64,000 bases of DNA from Minisyncoccota bacterium (GCA_036405175.1 DASWYC010000002.1:251429-315428); one strand, 5' to 3'; positions 1-10,035 are shown, counted from the stretch's first letter. The notes: generated by a model from the letters alone, not told the origin. Numbers and translations are program-made.

Positions 1-1
1 T

Positions 2-853
2 GAGCAGTACGTTGGAAACTATAACGATGTGTTAAAAGATATCACTGCTCGCGTTGAAAAAGAGAACATGAAAAACGCGCAGCTCAAAAAAGAAATCATT
101 GCCAAGAAAGAAAAGGCAAATGAATTTGCATACAAAGGAGGACAAATGCGTATGGTGGCAAAGCGTATGCGTGAAAAAGCAGAAGAGCTTGAAGAAGAAA
201 TTGTTGATGTGCGCAAAGAGGACAGAACTATTCGTCCATTTGTGATCCCATCACAAGAAACGTTAAGTGGAGAAATCATTACGCTTTCAAGTCTTACTAT
301 TTTCAAAAATCACACACCCGAGAAAAAGGCGGTGAATAAAAGTTTGCGCAAAAATACTCACTTGCTTTTGAAAGGACCAAACGGAATTGGAAAGTCTACC
401 TTGCTTGAACGTATCACAAAAGGTGATGCTGATGGGGTAAAAATTGCATCAGGTGTACGTGTTGGATACTACCGACAGGACTTTTCTAATATTGATTTTG
501 AACAGAGCTCATTTGAAGTGTTGAAAGAGGCGATGATAAAGGGAGGAGAAAAGTTTGATGAACAAAAAATGCGCGCCGTTGCAGCTGCGTTCCTCATTAT
601 TGGCGATATGATTCATGCAAAGGTTGGATCACTCTCAGAAGGGCAAAAAGGATTGTTGGCATTTGCACGTTTGGTGTTAGAGAAGCCAGGACTTTTGGTA
701 TTGGACGAGCCAACTAACCACATTAACTTCCGTCATATTCCGGTAATTGCAGAAGCGTTGAATAAATTTGGAGGAACAATGATTCTTGTGTCTCACGTGC
801 CGGAGTTTGTTGAGAAAATTAGAATTGACGAGACACTTGATTTGGGGAAGTAG
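2..853 (+). CDS. ABC-F family ATPase, C-terminal ABC domain (5' end truncated by window edge)
   Basis: The frame is open from position 2. Walker A is LLLKGPNGIGKSTLLERI, the ABC signature is LSEGQKGLL and Walker B is LLVLDEPTNHI. A charged K/E-rich linker (KEIIAKKEKANE...EELEEE) is typical of ABC-F interdomain linkers. Confidence 0.7.
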   Translation, partial: EQYVGNYNDVLKDITARVEKENMKNAQLKKEIIAKKEKANEFAYKGGQMRMVAKRMREKAEELEEEIVDVRKEDRTIRPFVIPSQETLSGEIITLSSLTIFKNHTPEKKAVNKSLRKNTHLLLKGPNGIGKSTLLERITKGDADGVKIASGVRVGYYRQDFSNIDFEQSSFEVLKEAMIKGGEKFDEQKMRAVAAAFLIIGDMIHAKVGSLSEGQKGLLAFARLVLEKPGLLVLDEPTNHINFRHIPVIAEALNKFGGTMILVSHVPEFVEKIRIDETLDLGK

Positions 854-897
854 TTTTTAATATCTATAAAAGTTTCAGGTGATATACTTTACTTGAT

Positions 898-2214
898 ATG
901 GGCGTTACCCCTTTAGCTGTTTTAAAAAAGTTTTCAACTCTCGAGGCTTCTCCTAACTGGTCATTTTCGGAATATCAGCGTATAGATACAACAATGATGA
1001 GTCATAGCTATCATCGTTATCCTGCAAAATTTATCCCACAATTAGTCGATAAATTAGTCGATAAATATACAGAGGAGGGAGATACTGTGTGTGATCCGTT
1101 TGGCGGATGTGGCACAACACTAGTACAGTCAAAAATTGTTGGTCGCGAAAGTATTGGTTTCGACATCAATCCTGTAGCCAAATTAATTACTGATACAAAA
1201 ACTCGGGCGATAGATCCAAAGAAGCTAAATCGCATAAGAGAAGTTTTTATTAAAAAATATGAACAGTCTCAACAAAGAAAAAAAGCTTTTGTGCATAGCG
1301 AACGAATCTATTACTGGTTTGATGAGAAGATTGTTTTAAAGCTGGATGTGATATATTCTCTAATTTTAGATATTACCGATAGTGAAACGCGAAGATTTTT
1401 CCTGTGTGCATTTTCTCACATTCTAAAGAACTGCTCAAGATGGCTAATGAAGAGTATTAAACCTACCATTGATCAACATAAAGAGTTTCCAGATCCAATA
1501 AAGGTCTTTTTAAAACACCTTAACTCAATGATAAAAAAGAATGAACTCTTCTACAACTCTCTCAAAGATTCAGGGTGCTTAAAAACTCCTGCTAAGATGC
1601 AGCTGTGGAATTCTACAAAAAAGTTACCTTTAAAAAATAGAAGTATCGATCTTATCGTTACTTCACCGCCTTATGTAACTTCTTATGAATATGCTGATCT
1701 ACATCAGTTGTCGCTTTTATGGTTTAGTGAAGATAAAAAGCATTTTAAAAAATGGGATAAAGTAATGAGCAGATTCCTTGATTTTAAAAAACAATTTATT
1801 GGCAGTAGCCATAAAAAAAAGATTGCAAATAGGGAATTTAAGAGTAAGATTGCAGAAGACATAGTCTCAAAGCTTGAAATTCAGAATTCCGCACTTTCGC
1901 AGAGTGTAGCTAGCTACTTTGATGACATGAGAGCATCATTTAGTGAGATGTACCGAATTCTGAAAAAAGGCAAAAAAGCGTGTGTCATTATAGGTAATAC
2001 CGAACTGCTAGGAATCCCCATATTAAACGCCGAGGTAGCAACGGAACAGATGATAAATCTTGGATTTACTAAGTCAAAAGTTATTAAAAGAGAGGTTTTA
2101 AATAAGATGATTACTCCTTGGCGAGATAATAAGACAGGTAAATTCACAAGTCAATCTAATCCTAGCAAAAGACGAGCTTACGAATATGAATATATCTTAC
2201 TCATGGAAAAATAA
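898..2214 (+). CDS. DNA methyltransferase, N4-cytosine/N6-adenine family (SPPY type)
   Basis: The AdoMet-binding motif DPFGGCGTT sits near the N-terminus, preceded by HRYPAKFIPQLV. The catalytic motif IV is IDLIVTSPPY, about 190 aa downstream. The ORF is 438 aa. Confidence 0.75.
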   Translation: MGVTPLAVLKKFSTLEASPNWSFSEYQRIDTTMMSHSYHRYPAKFIPQLVDKLVDKYTEEGDTVCDPFGGCGTTLVQSKIVGRESIGFDINPVAKLITDTKTRAIDPKKLNRIREVFIKKYEQSQQRKKAFVHSERIYYWFDEKIVLKLDVIYSLILDITDSETRRFFLCAFSHILKNCSRWLMKSIKPTIDQHKEFPDPIKVFLKHLNSMIKKNELFYNSLKDSGCLKTPAKMQLWNSTKKLPLKNRSIDLIVTSPPYVTSYEYADLHQLSLLWFSEDKKHFKKWDKVMSRFLDFKKQFIGSSHKKKIANREFKSKIAEDIVSKLEIQNSALSQSVASYFDDMRASFSEMYRILKKGKKACVIIGNTELLGIPILNAEVATEQMINLGFTKSKVIKREVLNKMITPWRDNKTGKFTSQSNPSKRRAYEYEYILLMEK

Positions 2215-2225
2215 AAAATACTCTT

Positions 2226-4097
2226 ATGAACTCTTTTAATCTAGATGAGCTCAAAAAGGAGACAGTGAATAATAATCGATACGAGCGACGACTGGCAAAA
2301 CTCATTTTAGCCAATCAACAGGTTGATCGCATCAAGGGTGTCATTGAGAATGCCGTGATTAACATAAAAAGAGGACAAAAATCTTTTGTTATCTATGGAG
2401 AACCTCAAAGTGGTAAGACCGAAATGATGATAGCTCTTACAGCAAAACTTCTAGATATAGGAGTAAAGATCGTTATAGCATTATTAAATGACAGCGTACA
2501 ACTTCTTGATCAAAACCTTGAACGCTTCCAAAGATCTGGACTCTCTCCCTCTCCCAAGAAATTTAGCGAGGTTTTATCGCCAGAGGTTAGTATAAAAGAT
2601 CATCAGTGGGTAATTTTTTGTAAAAAGAATTCAAGTGACCTACAAAAGCTATTACATAAGCTGCAAGGACATTCTAGCAGGGTAATAATCGACGATGAAG
2701 CTGACTACGCAACACCAAACTCAAAAGTTAATAAGCAAGAAAAAAGTAGGATTAACGAACTTACTGAAAAACTAATTGGTGCTGAGGGTATATATATTGG
2801 AGTTACAGCAACGCCAGCTCGTCTAGACTTAAACAAAACTCATGCAAACCAAAATGAGCATTGGATTGATTTTCCAACGCATTCAAACTATACAGGGCAG
2901 GATGTGTTTTTTCCTATTTCTATTGATAATATACCCTATAGACTAACTTTTTTACCAGATGCGGGCGATAATCCAAAATACATGCGAGATGCAATCTTTA
3001 GTTTTATTATTAATGTATCTTACTTAAATACCTCAGTGAATGATCCTGAAAGAAATTACTCTATTTTAATTCACACCAGCAGCAAAAAGGCCGACCATAC
3101 GGTTGACTACAAGCAGGTCATCAAAACTTTTGAAGCACTTAAAGACGACTCTGACCCTAATCATGAGATTTATTTTAAAAGAATTTGGGATATCGCAAGC
3201 GAGCGCTATCCTGATCGCGTAAATGAAATTACTAAGTATGCAATTGCAAACTGTGATCGCAATAATATTGTTGTAATGAATAGCGATAAAGAAGTAAATG
3301 CGGCGGATAATCGTACAGCAACTGACCCCACTGCTCCGTTCACGATTATCATTGGAGGAAATATTGTTTCTCGTGGGGTAACCTTTAATAATCTATTATC
3401 AATGTTTTTTACTAGAGACGTTAAACATAAATTACAACAGGATACGTATATTCAAAGAGCCCGAATGTTTGGATCACGAGGTGATTATCTAAAATACTTT
3501 GAGTTAACGATTCCTAAATCCTTATATTTAGATTGGCAAAAGTGTTTTATTTTTCATAGACTCTCTCTTGAATCCAGAAAACAAGATAAACGTTCTCCTG
3601 TTTGGCTAGACGGACAAAGAATTACAGCAGTAGCAGGGGCAAGCATAGATAAAACGAGTGTGGTTGTCGACCGAGGAGAAATGAGTTTTCAGTTGTTTGA
3701 ATTTGACAAAGATAATATTTATGAAATATTAGGTCAAGATATAAAACCAATCAACAAAGTAAAAGCTCTTTCTGAGTTGTTAGGAAAAGATTGCCTGCCT
3801 GATTACCTAATAAGCTACATAGAAAGCTTTACCCCTGCTGGGAATAATTCTCTTATCATTCATGAACCTAAAAATATTTCTGGATATAAAGATAAAAAAG
3901 AGGAGAAGGAAATCACTGATACCAACTCTGTGTTTAGAACAAAAGGTTTTATTGGTACAGGTGAACTAGAAAAAGGGAAATACCCTGATGCAGTTCATCA
4001 TATTTTTATTTTATTCAACGACATCAACAAAGCTCGCATGTTTTATAAATACGATGGCAACATAAGATTCCTAAAAACTCCAAAAAAGTATGATTAA
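2226..4097 (+). CDS. SF2 helicase-like P-loop NTPase, putative restriction/defence subunit partnered with the upstream methyltransferase (Z1-domain-like by recollection)
   Basis: The P-loop is GEPQSGKT, the DEAD-like Walker B is VIIDDEADY and a TAT motif III (GVTATPARL) is present. The start lies 12 nt after the methyltransferase stop on the same strand. Confidence 0.5.
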   Translation: MNSFNLDELKKETVNNNRYERRLAKLILANQQVDRIKGVIENAVINIKRGQKSFVIYGEPQSGKTEMMIALTAKLLDIGVKIVIALLNDSVQLLDQNLERFQRSGLSPSPKKFSEVLSPEVSIKDHQWVIFCKKNSSDLQKLLHKLQGHSSRVIIDDEADYATPNSKVNKQEKSRINELTEKLIGAEGIYIGVTATPARLDLNKTHANQNEHWIDFPTHSNYTGQDVFFPISIDNIPYRLTFLPDAGDNPKYMRDAIFSFIINVSYLNTSVNDPERNYSILIHTSSKKADHTVDYKQVIKTFEALKDDSDPNHEIYFKRIWDIASERYPDRVNEITKYAIANCDRNNIVVMNSDKEVNAADNRTATDPTAPFTIIIGGNIVSRGVTFNNLLSMFFTRDVKHKLQQDTYIQRARMFGSRGDYLKYFELTIPKSLYLDWQKCFIFHRLSLESRKQDKRSPVWLDGQRITAVAGASIDKTSVVVDRGEMSFQLFEFDKDNIYEILGQDIKPINKVKALSELLGKDCLPDYLISYIESFTPAGNNSLIIHEPKNISGYKDKKEEKEITDTNSVFRTKGFIGTGELEKGKYPDAVHHIFILFNDINKARMFYKYDGNIRFLKTPKKYD

Positions 4098-4566
4098 AGA
4101 ATTTGAATTTTTTCACGGATTAGTATTCGCAAGAATACTCCACGGAACTCAGCGGCCACTTTCTTTGAAGCCGTTTCCATCTGGATCAAATGCTTCCTAT
4201 ATAATCAATGAAAAGACTGGTATCTATATCAAATACTCTAGCAAAAGAATGACACCTTGGAGGTTTTCTTTTGCAAAGCAACATCAAGAAGAGATTGAGT
4301 TAATGAAAAGTACATTGAAAGAAGTTTATCTACTACTGGTTTGTAATGATGATGGAGTTGTATGTTTGAATTATTCAGAACTTAAACAAATACTAGACGA
4401 TCAGCATGAGGCAATTGAATGGATTAGCGCCAATCGTCACAAAAGAGAGATGTACACGGTCAAAGGATCTAACGGAGAGTTGGGCTTTAAAATTGGTCCA
4501 AATGATTTTCCTGGAAAGCTATTCGATGTAGATGCCCCTAAGGGAATACTCGGATGGTTTAAATAA
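4090..4566 (+). CDS. small protein, possible PD-(D/E)xK nuclease component of the R-M-like module
   Basis: The start overlaps the upstream stop by 8 nt, suggesting translational coupling. LLLVCNDDGVVCLNYSELK fits a D-x11-E-x-K restriction-endonuclease-like core. Confidence 0.3.
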   Translation: MIKEFEFFHGLVFARILHGTQRPLSLKPFPSGSNASYIINEKTGIYIKYSSKRMTPWRFSFAKQHQEEIELMKSTLKEVYLLLVCNDDGVVCLNYSELKQILDDQHEAIEWISANRHKREMYTVKGSNGELGFKIGPNDFPGKLFDVDAPKGILGWFK

Positions 4567-4605
4567 TTTATTATTTATTTAAACAAAATCTGATAGAATG
4601 AGGTT

Positions 4606-5364
4606 ATGAAACCAGCAATCTATTCAGACATTAAAGAAAAGGTGGTTCTTGTTACCGGAGCAGCACGCGGGATGGGTAAAGCTATTGCTTTGGCATTTGC
4701 TCAGCAAGGTGCACATTTAGTAATTAATGATTTACCTGAGCGCGCTAAACTACTCAATCAAACGGCTCAAGAGATTATAGATCTCAATATGAAAGTTGAA
4801 GCACTGATTGCCGATGTTCGCCTAGAAGATGACATTAAAAAGCTTATTTCAACAGCTCTTGCCACATACGGACGCATTGACGTACTCGTTAACAATGCAG
4901 GTATTGCGTACGATAAAGATTGGGAAACCAAAACCAAGGACGAGTGGCATGATACCTTGGATACTAATTTGATTGGACCATACTTGCTGATCCGTGAAGC
5001 TCGTGAGGCACTTATTGAATCAAAGGGAAGTGTAATTAATATCACGTCAACAAATGCATATAAAGCAATGAGTGCATTCTCGCTTGATTACGATGCGTCA
5101 AAAGCAGGACTCATTACCTTAACGCACAATACTGCTTCTGGACTTGCGCCGCATGTGCGCGTGAATGCTATAGCTCCTGGATGGGTGAATACGGATATGA
5201 ATAGCGAACTTCCACAAGAATTTATTGATCAAGAAACCAAGAAAGTATTTGCAGGAAGATTTGCTGAACCTGAAGAAATTGCATCAGTAGCTGTCTTTCT
5301 TGCATCTGATGAAGCGCAATATGTAAATGGTGCAACAATTACCGTTGATGGTGGGTATCAATAG
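4606..5364 (+). CDS. short-chain dehydrogenase/reductase (FabG-like)
   Basis: The Rossmann motif is VTGAARGMGKAIA, followed by NNAGI and the catalytic YDASK (YxxxK). Confidence 0.8.
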   Translation: MKPAIYSDIKEKVVLVTGAARGMGKAIALAFAQQGAHLVINDLPERAKLLNQTAQEIIDLNMKVEALIADVRLEDDIKKLISTALATYGRIDVLVNNAGIAYDKDWETKTKDEWHDTLDTNLIGPYLLIREAREALIESKGSVINITSTNAYKAMSAFSLDYDASKAGLITLTHNTASGLAPHVRVNAIAPGWVNTDMNSELPQEFIDQETKKVFAGRFAEPEEIASVAVFLASDEAQYVNGATITVDGGYQ

Positions 5365-5433
5365 AAAATTGACAAAATATATAATTATAGTATAAATCTA
5401 AAAAATCTTTCACCAATCTCAAATGAATAAGAC

Positions 5434-6141
5434 ATGGAAATAAAACCTAAAATGCAGTTTATAAATGCGACCAGAGAACTCATTAATCAATCTCAGCAGC
5501 CCGAAAGTGTAACAATCTCAAGTGTCCGGATCACAACGCACCCCGATGTGTTTAATCCCTCAACTTTCTTTTCGTCAAAATGGTTTGCTGATCAGCTATC
5601 CCATTTGATTCACAAAGAAAGTATCTTTATAGAGGTTGGTTCGGGAACCGGTATTGTCTCTATAAAATGTGCCCTCAGTAATCCGAAGCTGCAAATTTAT
5701 GCTACCGATATAAGCCAGAAAGCAGCTGAATTAACTCGAGCGAATGCCACAAAAAATGGTGTAAGCGGAAGAGTAGTCTCATATTCAGGCAATGTTCTTG
5801 ATGCTTTACCGGAGCGTATTAAGGCAGACAGTATATTTTGGGCTATGCCGTTTGGCTACGTAGAGCCAAATTACACCTTGGTCGGAAGAGAGGCTCAGGT
5901 GTTTGATCCTGGATATGTAGCAATAAGAAAGTTTTTTACTGATGCTGTTAAGTACCTAAAAAAGAAGGGTAGACTTATTATTGGCTTTTCTTCCGATATT
6001 GGACATTATGAGCTTCTTGAGAAATTCGCTACCGAGAATGGATATAGTCTCAAGCTTCTTAAAAGAATAACAGGGCAAGAGAAAAGTAATGTATCAATGG
6101 AACTGCATGAAGCACGTCTTATTAATAACTCACTTTACTAA
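5434..6141 (+). CDS. class I SAM-dependent methyltransferase (small-domain, HemK-like fold)
   Basis: The SAM motif I is IEVGSGTGIVSI, followed by a D in ATDIS. The MPFGY segment is at the position of the NPPY-like motif IV. Confidence 0.5.
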   Translation: MEIKPKMQFINATRELINQSQQPESVTISSVRITTHPDVFNPSTFFSSKWFADQLSHLIHKESIFIEVGSGTGIVSIKCALSNPKLQIYATDISQKAAELTRANATKNGVSGRVVSYSGNVLDALPERIKADSIFWAMPFGYVEPNYTLVGREAQVFDPGYVAIRKFFTDAVKYLKKKGRLIIGFSSDIGHYELLEKFATENGYSLKLLKRITGQEKSNVSMELHEARLINNSLY

Positions 6142-6162
6142 ATTTAGCATAAAAGTAAAAGC

Positions 6163-6195
6163 TAATTTAAATGCCTTCTGGTTTATCCCAGAAGG
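6163..6195. terminator. bidirectional intrinsic terminator hairpin between convergent genes
   Basis: aatgccttctgg tttatc ccagaaggcatt forms a 12-bp stem. It is flanked by A- and T-runs. Confidence 0.5.
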
Positions 6196-6219
6196 CATTT
6201 TGTAATAAGAAGACAGAAC

Positions 6220-6624
6220 TTACGTGCCCATGAGCTCAAGTACACCTGTTTTCATTTCGGTAATTTCATAAAGAACTTGCGCTCCGTCATAAAACCCTTC
6301 GATTTCGCCATACTCGCCGGTTTTAATATCTTCAAAATATTGAGCATTCTCTGGGGAAGCTATCAATACAATCTCTGTTGATGGCCACACTTCTTTTACC
6401 GTGAAGGCTTCTATGTTGCCGTTAACAATAAGCGCATCTGGTATAAACACAACATCCGGGTGCACTTCGCGTGCGTAAGCATTGGCAATCTCTGTTGGTT
6501 TAACGACTTCTACGTCAAATTTTTTACCAAGAAACTTACCAAGCTCTTTGGCAGTTTCTTTGAGTAAAGGATCCTTGGGATTGAGAACCCAACCGTTGTC
6601 TATAATATAAATACGTTTTTTCAT
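6220..6624 (-). CDS. hypothetical protein with Rossmann-like N-terminus
   Basis: The ORF was trimmed to the internal Met (MKKRIYIIDNGW). No recognisable catalytic motif was seen. Confidence 0.4.
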   Translation of the reverse strand: MKKRIYIIDNGWVLNPKDPLLKETAKELGKFLGKKFDVEVVKPTEIANAYAREVHPDVVFIPDALIVNGNIEAFTVKEVWPSTEIVLIASPENAQYFEDIKTGEYGEIEGFYDGAQVLYEITEMKTGVLELMGT

Positions 6625-6727
6625 CGAACTGGAGGTTAAATTAATGTATATGTTTATTGAAAAGTACCACCTGACTTGAGGCATGTCAAACACGGCACAA
6701 TAAGCTAAATCATGCTAAAATCAGCTC

Positions 6728-7855
6728 ATGAAAACTTCTTTGCGTACGATGTTTATTTTCATAACAGTAATGGCAATCTTCTTGCCATTGGCATCTTTTG
6801 CTCAACAAAATCAACAAGAAGAAATTCTGCAAGCTCGGGTAATTAAAGTCGTGAGCGAAGAACAAATTGAAGTACCCGCAACACACATTATTACGACACT
6901 TCAAACACTTGAGATTGAACCGCTCAACAACCCGTCACAACGTGCCATTATTCAAAATGATTACATTGTTCTTGAAGAAGGCGACAAGATTTTTGTACGC
7001 GCAACACCCGATGAAGCTGGGGCAATAATTTATAGTATTGTTGAACGCAATAGAATCTCAACACTCCTCATATTTCTTGGACTCTTTATTATTACTATCT
7101 TAGTGTTTGGAAAGAAACAAGGGTTACGATCACTCTTAAGTCTTGCGGGCAGCATGTTTATTTTGGCATATGTGTTGATTCCCTCGCTCACGAAGGGTGT
7201 TAATCCTGTAGCTGCTAGCACGATCATTGCTGCACTTATTTTGTTTGTTGCTATTTATTCAACGCACGGATTTAAAAAAGAATCAACCGTAGCATTTACT
7301 GGAACCGTTATTGCGGTGATTATTACCAGTATTATCTCGTTAATTGCGGTAAAGATTTGTCACTTTACCGGACTTGGGTCCGAAGAAGCAAACTTCCTTA
7401 ATATTCAAAGTGCAACACGCCTTAACTTTAGCGGACTTCTACTGGGTGGAATTATTATCGGAATCCTTGGAGTGCTTGATGATATTGCTATTACACAAGC
7501 ATCGGTAGTACGTGAATTGTATAGCTCAGCAGCACACCTCACAAAAAAACAAATTTACACCAAAGCACTCCGAGTAGGACAGGAGCATGTGGGAGCTCTT
7601 GTAAACACACTTGCATTGGCATACACCGGAGCCTCATTACCAATTTTATTACTCTTTTCTACCTCAACATTTCCGCTTGCACTCATTTTAAGCCAGGAGA
7701 TTTTTGCGGTTGAGATTATCCGTACGATTGTGGGAAGTATTGGGCTCGTACTCACGGTTCCAGTCACCACACTTCTTGCAGCGCATATGCTTGAGCATTA
7801 CCGTGGCAAAGAATATTATAATGATCATCATCACGGACACAGCCATGCGCACTAA
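6728..7855 (+). CDS. YibE/F-like polytopic membrane protein with His-rich C-terminus
   Basis: It has a signal peptide, an extracytoplasmic N-domain, at least 6 TM helices and a C-terminal HHHGHSHAH. Confidence 0.45.
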   Translation: MKTSLRTMFIFITVMAIFLPLASFAQQNQQEEILQARVIKVVSEEQIEVPATHIITTLQTLEIEPLNNPSQRAIIQNDYIVLEEGDKIFVRATPDEAGAIIYSIVERNRISTLLIFLGLFIITILVFGKKQGLRSLLSLAGSMFILAYVLIPSLTKGVNPVAASTIIAALILFVAIYSTHGFKKESTVAFTGTVIAVIITSIISLIAVKICHFTGLGSEEANFLNIQSATRLNFSGLLLGGIIIGILGVLDDIAITQASVVRELYSSAAHLTKKQIYTKALRVGQEHVGALVNTLALAYTGASLPILLLFSTSTFPLALILSQEIFAVEIIRTIVGSIGLVLTVPVTTLLAAHMLEHYRGKEYYNDHHHGHSHAH

Positions 7856-7954
7856 TTCTGGGGCACGACGCATGCTTGACTAACTATTATTTTCATAGTA
7901 AAAATAAGCCATCAAATTTCTTTTATAATTGAACCAAAAAACTAAAAATAATAG

Positions 7955-9157
7955 ATGAAAAAAATCTTATGTTACTGCTATCGGAAATTCTTTATACTCG
8001 TATTTATTGCGAGTCTGGGAATCTTTCAAGCTATATGGGAATATGGCAAGAAACCCGAGCGAAAAACCTGGGAAAATACTTTTGAAATACCGCCGGGTAC
8101 TGACCGTTTTAATAACGGTCGGATGTTTGGTGACTTCTGTAATAAGAAGCTTTCAAAAGCTAATGAAAACTTTCATAAAGGCATTCCGTATTCGCCTTAT
8201 ACATGCTATAAGGATTTACGAGAAATTGCACTTTTAAAGAAAGCTCTGGGTATTTTACAGCCCGCACCGCCACACCTTATTACCTTAATGCATGAGGGCG
8301 TCCGGTCAGGTAAATATACCTATAAAGATGTAGCTAAGGCGTATGCAATGTATATGCCCGAAACGTACAATGAAAGAAAGAAGCGCACATATCAGGGTGA
8401 TGTTTGGATTGATATGTCTTCATGGTTATTGAAGATGTATCTAAAAATGTTACCATGGGCTTTCTTGCTGCTCTTAATATGGAATTATGAAAAGAATGAA
8501 TCTTCATCGTTCAAGATTAAGAGTCCTCTTGGTTTTTTCGTTTCGCTGTTAGGGTATCCAATAGTATTAATTATTGTTGCATACCGATGGCTACACTTGA
8601 AACAGCGCTTCTTTGAGGCCTCAGTAGAAATGCGCAGAACACGAGACAACATGCTTGAGCTTTTGTCAGAAGAGGATATACAACTCGCCTGGCGGTACGC
8701 TCACAGTAAAATACGCTTGCAAGATCTGCGCCAAATTCATGGGCGTGCCCTTAAACACTCATTTGGTGCTGCATGGATCGCCACGGTCATCATTACCGTT
8801 GCCCCACAAGCAATCGAGTCTACAGCAACTATGATAGTGGCATATGATGTAGTTATTACAACAACCCACACTTGTTGTTCAAAGAGTAGGCAGTCAAAGG
8901 CGCCACCGGATTTTCTGTACACCGTGTACAAAGATAAAGAAATACCTTCTTTTCTTGTTTACGATATGGAGAGTTTGGAAATTACTAAATATTTGAAACA
9001 TTTTTTTAAAGACTTTGAATCACGGATATTAAAAGGATTTACACGATCTCTTGAGTCTGTGCCGTTATATGGATTAATCTCTGCATTAGGATTAATCACA
9101 TATAAACTCAAAATCAATGAAAAAAATAATCATATTAGCAATAACTTTTTCTGCTGA
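7955..9157 (+). CDS. hypothetical membrane protein (weak)
   Basis: This is a long ORF with hydrophobic segments. It has no motifs and odd composition, so it could be a degenerate gene. Confidence 0.25.
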   Translation: MKKILCYCYRKFFILVFIASLGIFQAIWEYGKKPERKTWENTFEIPPGTDRFNNGRMFGDFCNKKLSKANENFHKGIPYSPYTCYKDLREIALLKKALGILQPAPPHLITLMHEGVRSGKYTYKDVAKAYAMYMPETYNERKKRTYQGDVWIDMSSWLLKMYLKMLPWAFLLLLIWNYEKNESSSFKIKSPLGFFVSLLGYPIVLIIVAYRWLHLKQRFFEASVEMRRTRDNMLELLSEEDIQLAWRYAHSKIRLQDLRQIHGRALKHSFGAAWIATVIITVAPQAIESTATMIVAYDVVITTTHTCCSKSRQSKAPPDFLYTVYKDKEIPSFLVYDMESLEITKYLKHFFKDFESRILKGFTRSLESVPLYGLISALGLITYKLKINEKNNHISNNFFC

Positions 9158-9962
9158 AGTATTAGCCACCAGTGCATGGGCACAAATAGAAAATGTTGCC
9201 ACAAAGGATAGCAATTTAGTTATCAGCAACATCTACGCTGGATTACTAGCATGGACTGGATACAAGCTTGATACATTCTCATTACCATCTGCTGCAACAG
9301 TGCGCGTTGGATCAGTACTTACATGGAAAACTTCTCAAAAACTTTCCATAGAAGTAATGGGAGTATATGAAGCGGGCGCAGGGAAGCCTCTTGTAATTGC
9401 TGCTGGATGGATGCGGTATAGACCTGCTAAAAACTGGAAAGTTATGGCTGGATATATTCCCACACCAATTAGTGAGCAACGACCATTTCCGCTTTCGCCT
9501 GGTGGGCAATTTGAGACATGGACCATGTCTCAAATACCTGGAGGCGCGCTCGGATTTAAAAATACCCTGATTCTTGGTAAAGCCACGTTAGTGAGCGGCA
9601 TTGTCAGAAGATCAGCTGGATTTGAGTATCAGCTTGCTGGCAGCTATGGACCCCTCACAACCGGGCTCTATTATCAGCCCGACTCAAAAAGTATGGGTTT
9701 TGCAACAACACTTACGACTTCAAAAGTCTATAGCTTGCTGGTGATCAAGCCCACCCTCATAGGGAATACAAGCGTACTCAAAGTTGCAAAGAATCTTAAA
9801 ATCTATAATGATTGCGGATTCGACCTTAAAGAGAAAAAGTTTTTACGTGAAGTGTTTGGAATTTTTAGACCTTTCACCTCAAAAACTTTTAAAGGGTTGC
9901 TGAGTTTTAGTTATAGTGTGACAGACAATAGCCTAATAAGTTGTTTGTTCATCCATATATAA
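9117..9962 (+). CDS. secreted beta-strand-rich hypothetical protein
   Basis: The signal peptide is MKKIIILAITFSAEVLATSAWAQ. The mature part has alternating hydrophobic/polar beta-like segments. Confidence 0.45.
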   Translation: MKKIIILAITFSAEVLATSAWAQIENVATKDSNLVISNIYAGLLAWTGYKLDTFSLPSAATVRVGSVLTWKTSQKLSIEVMGVYEAGAGKPLVIAAGWMRYRPAKNWKVMAGYIPTPISEQRPFPLSPGGQFETWTMSQIPGGALGFKNTLILGKATLVSGIVRRSAGFEYQLAGSYGPLTTGLYYQPDSKSMGFATTLTTSKVYSLLVIKPTLIGNTSVLKVAKNLKIYNDCGFDLKEKKFLREVFGIFRPFTSKTFKGLLSFSYSVTDNSLISCLFIHI

Positions 9963-9964
9963 AG

Positions 9965-9996
9965 AATTGCCTCTCAAAAATATGAGAGGCAATTTT
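9965..9996 (+). terminator. intrinsic terminator after the 9117-9962 gene
   Basis: aattgcctctca aaaatat gagaggcaatt followed by ttatttt. It overlaps the nominal ATG at 9967 of the downstream ORF. Confidence 0.45.
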
Positions 9997-10035
9997 ATTT
10001 TCACAACCTATTCTTTGCTTTGCTATACTAGTACC

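Noticed and set aside
8007-8237. 76-aa ORF nested in the 7955-9157 gene
   Set aside because: It is an alternative frame, and the host ORF itself is weak.
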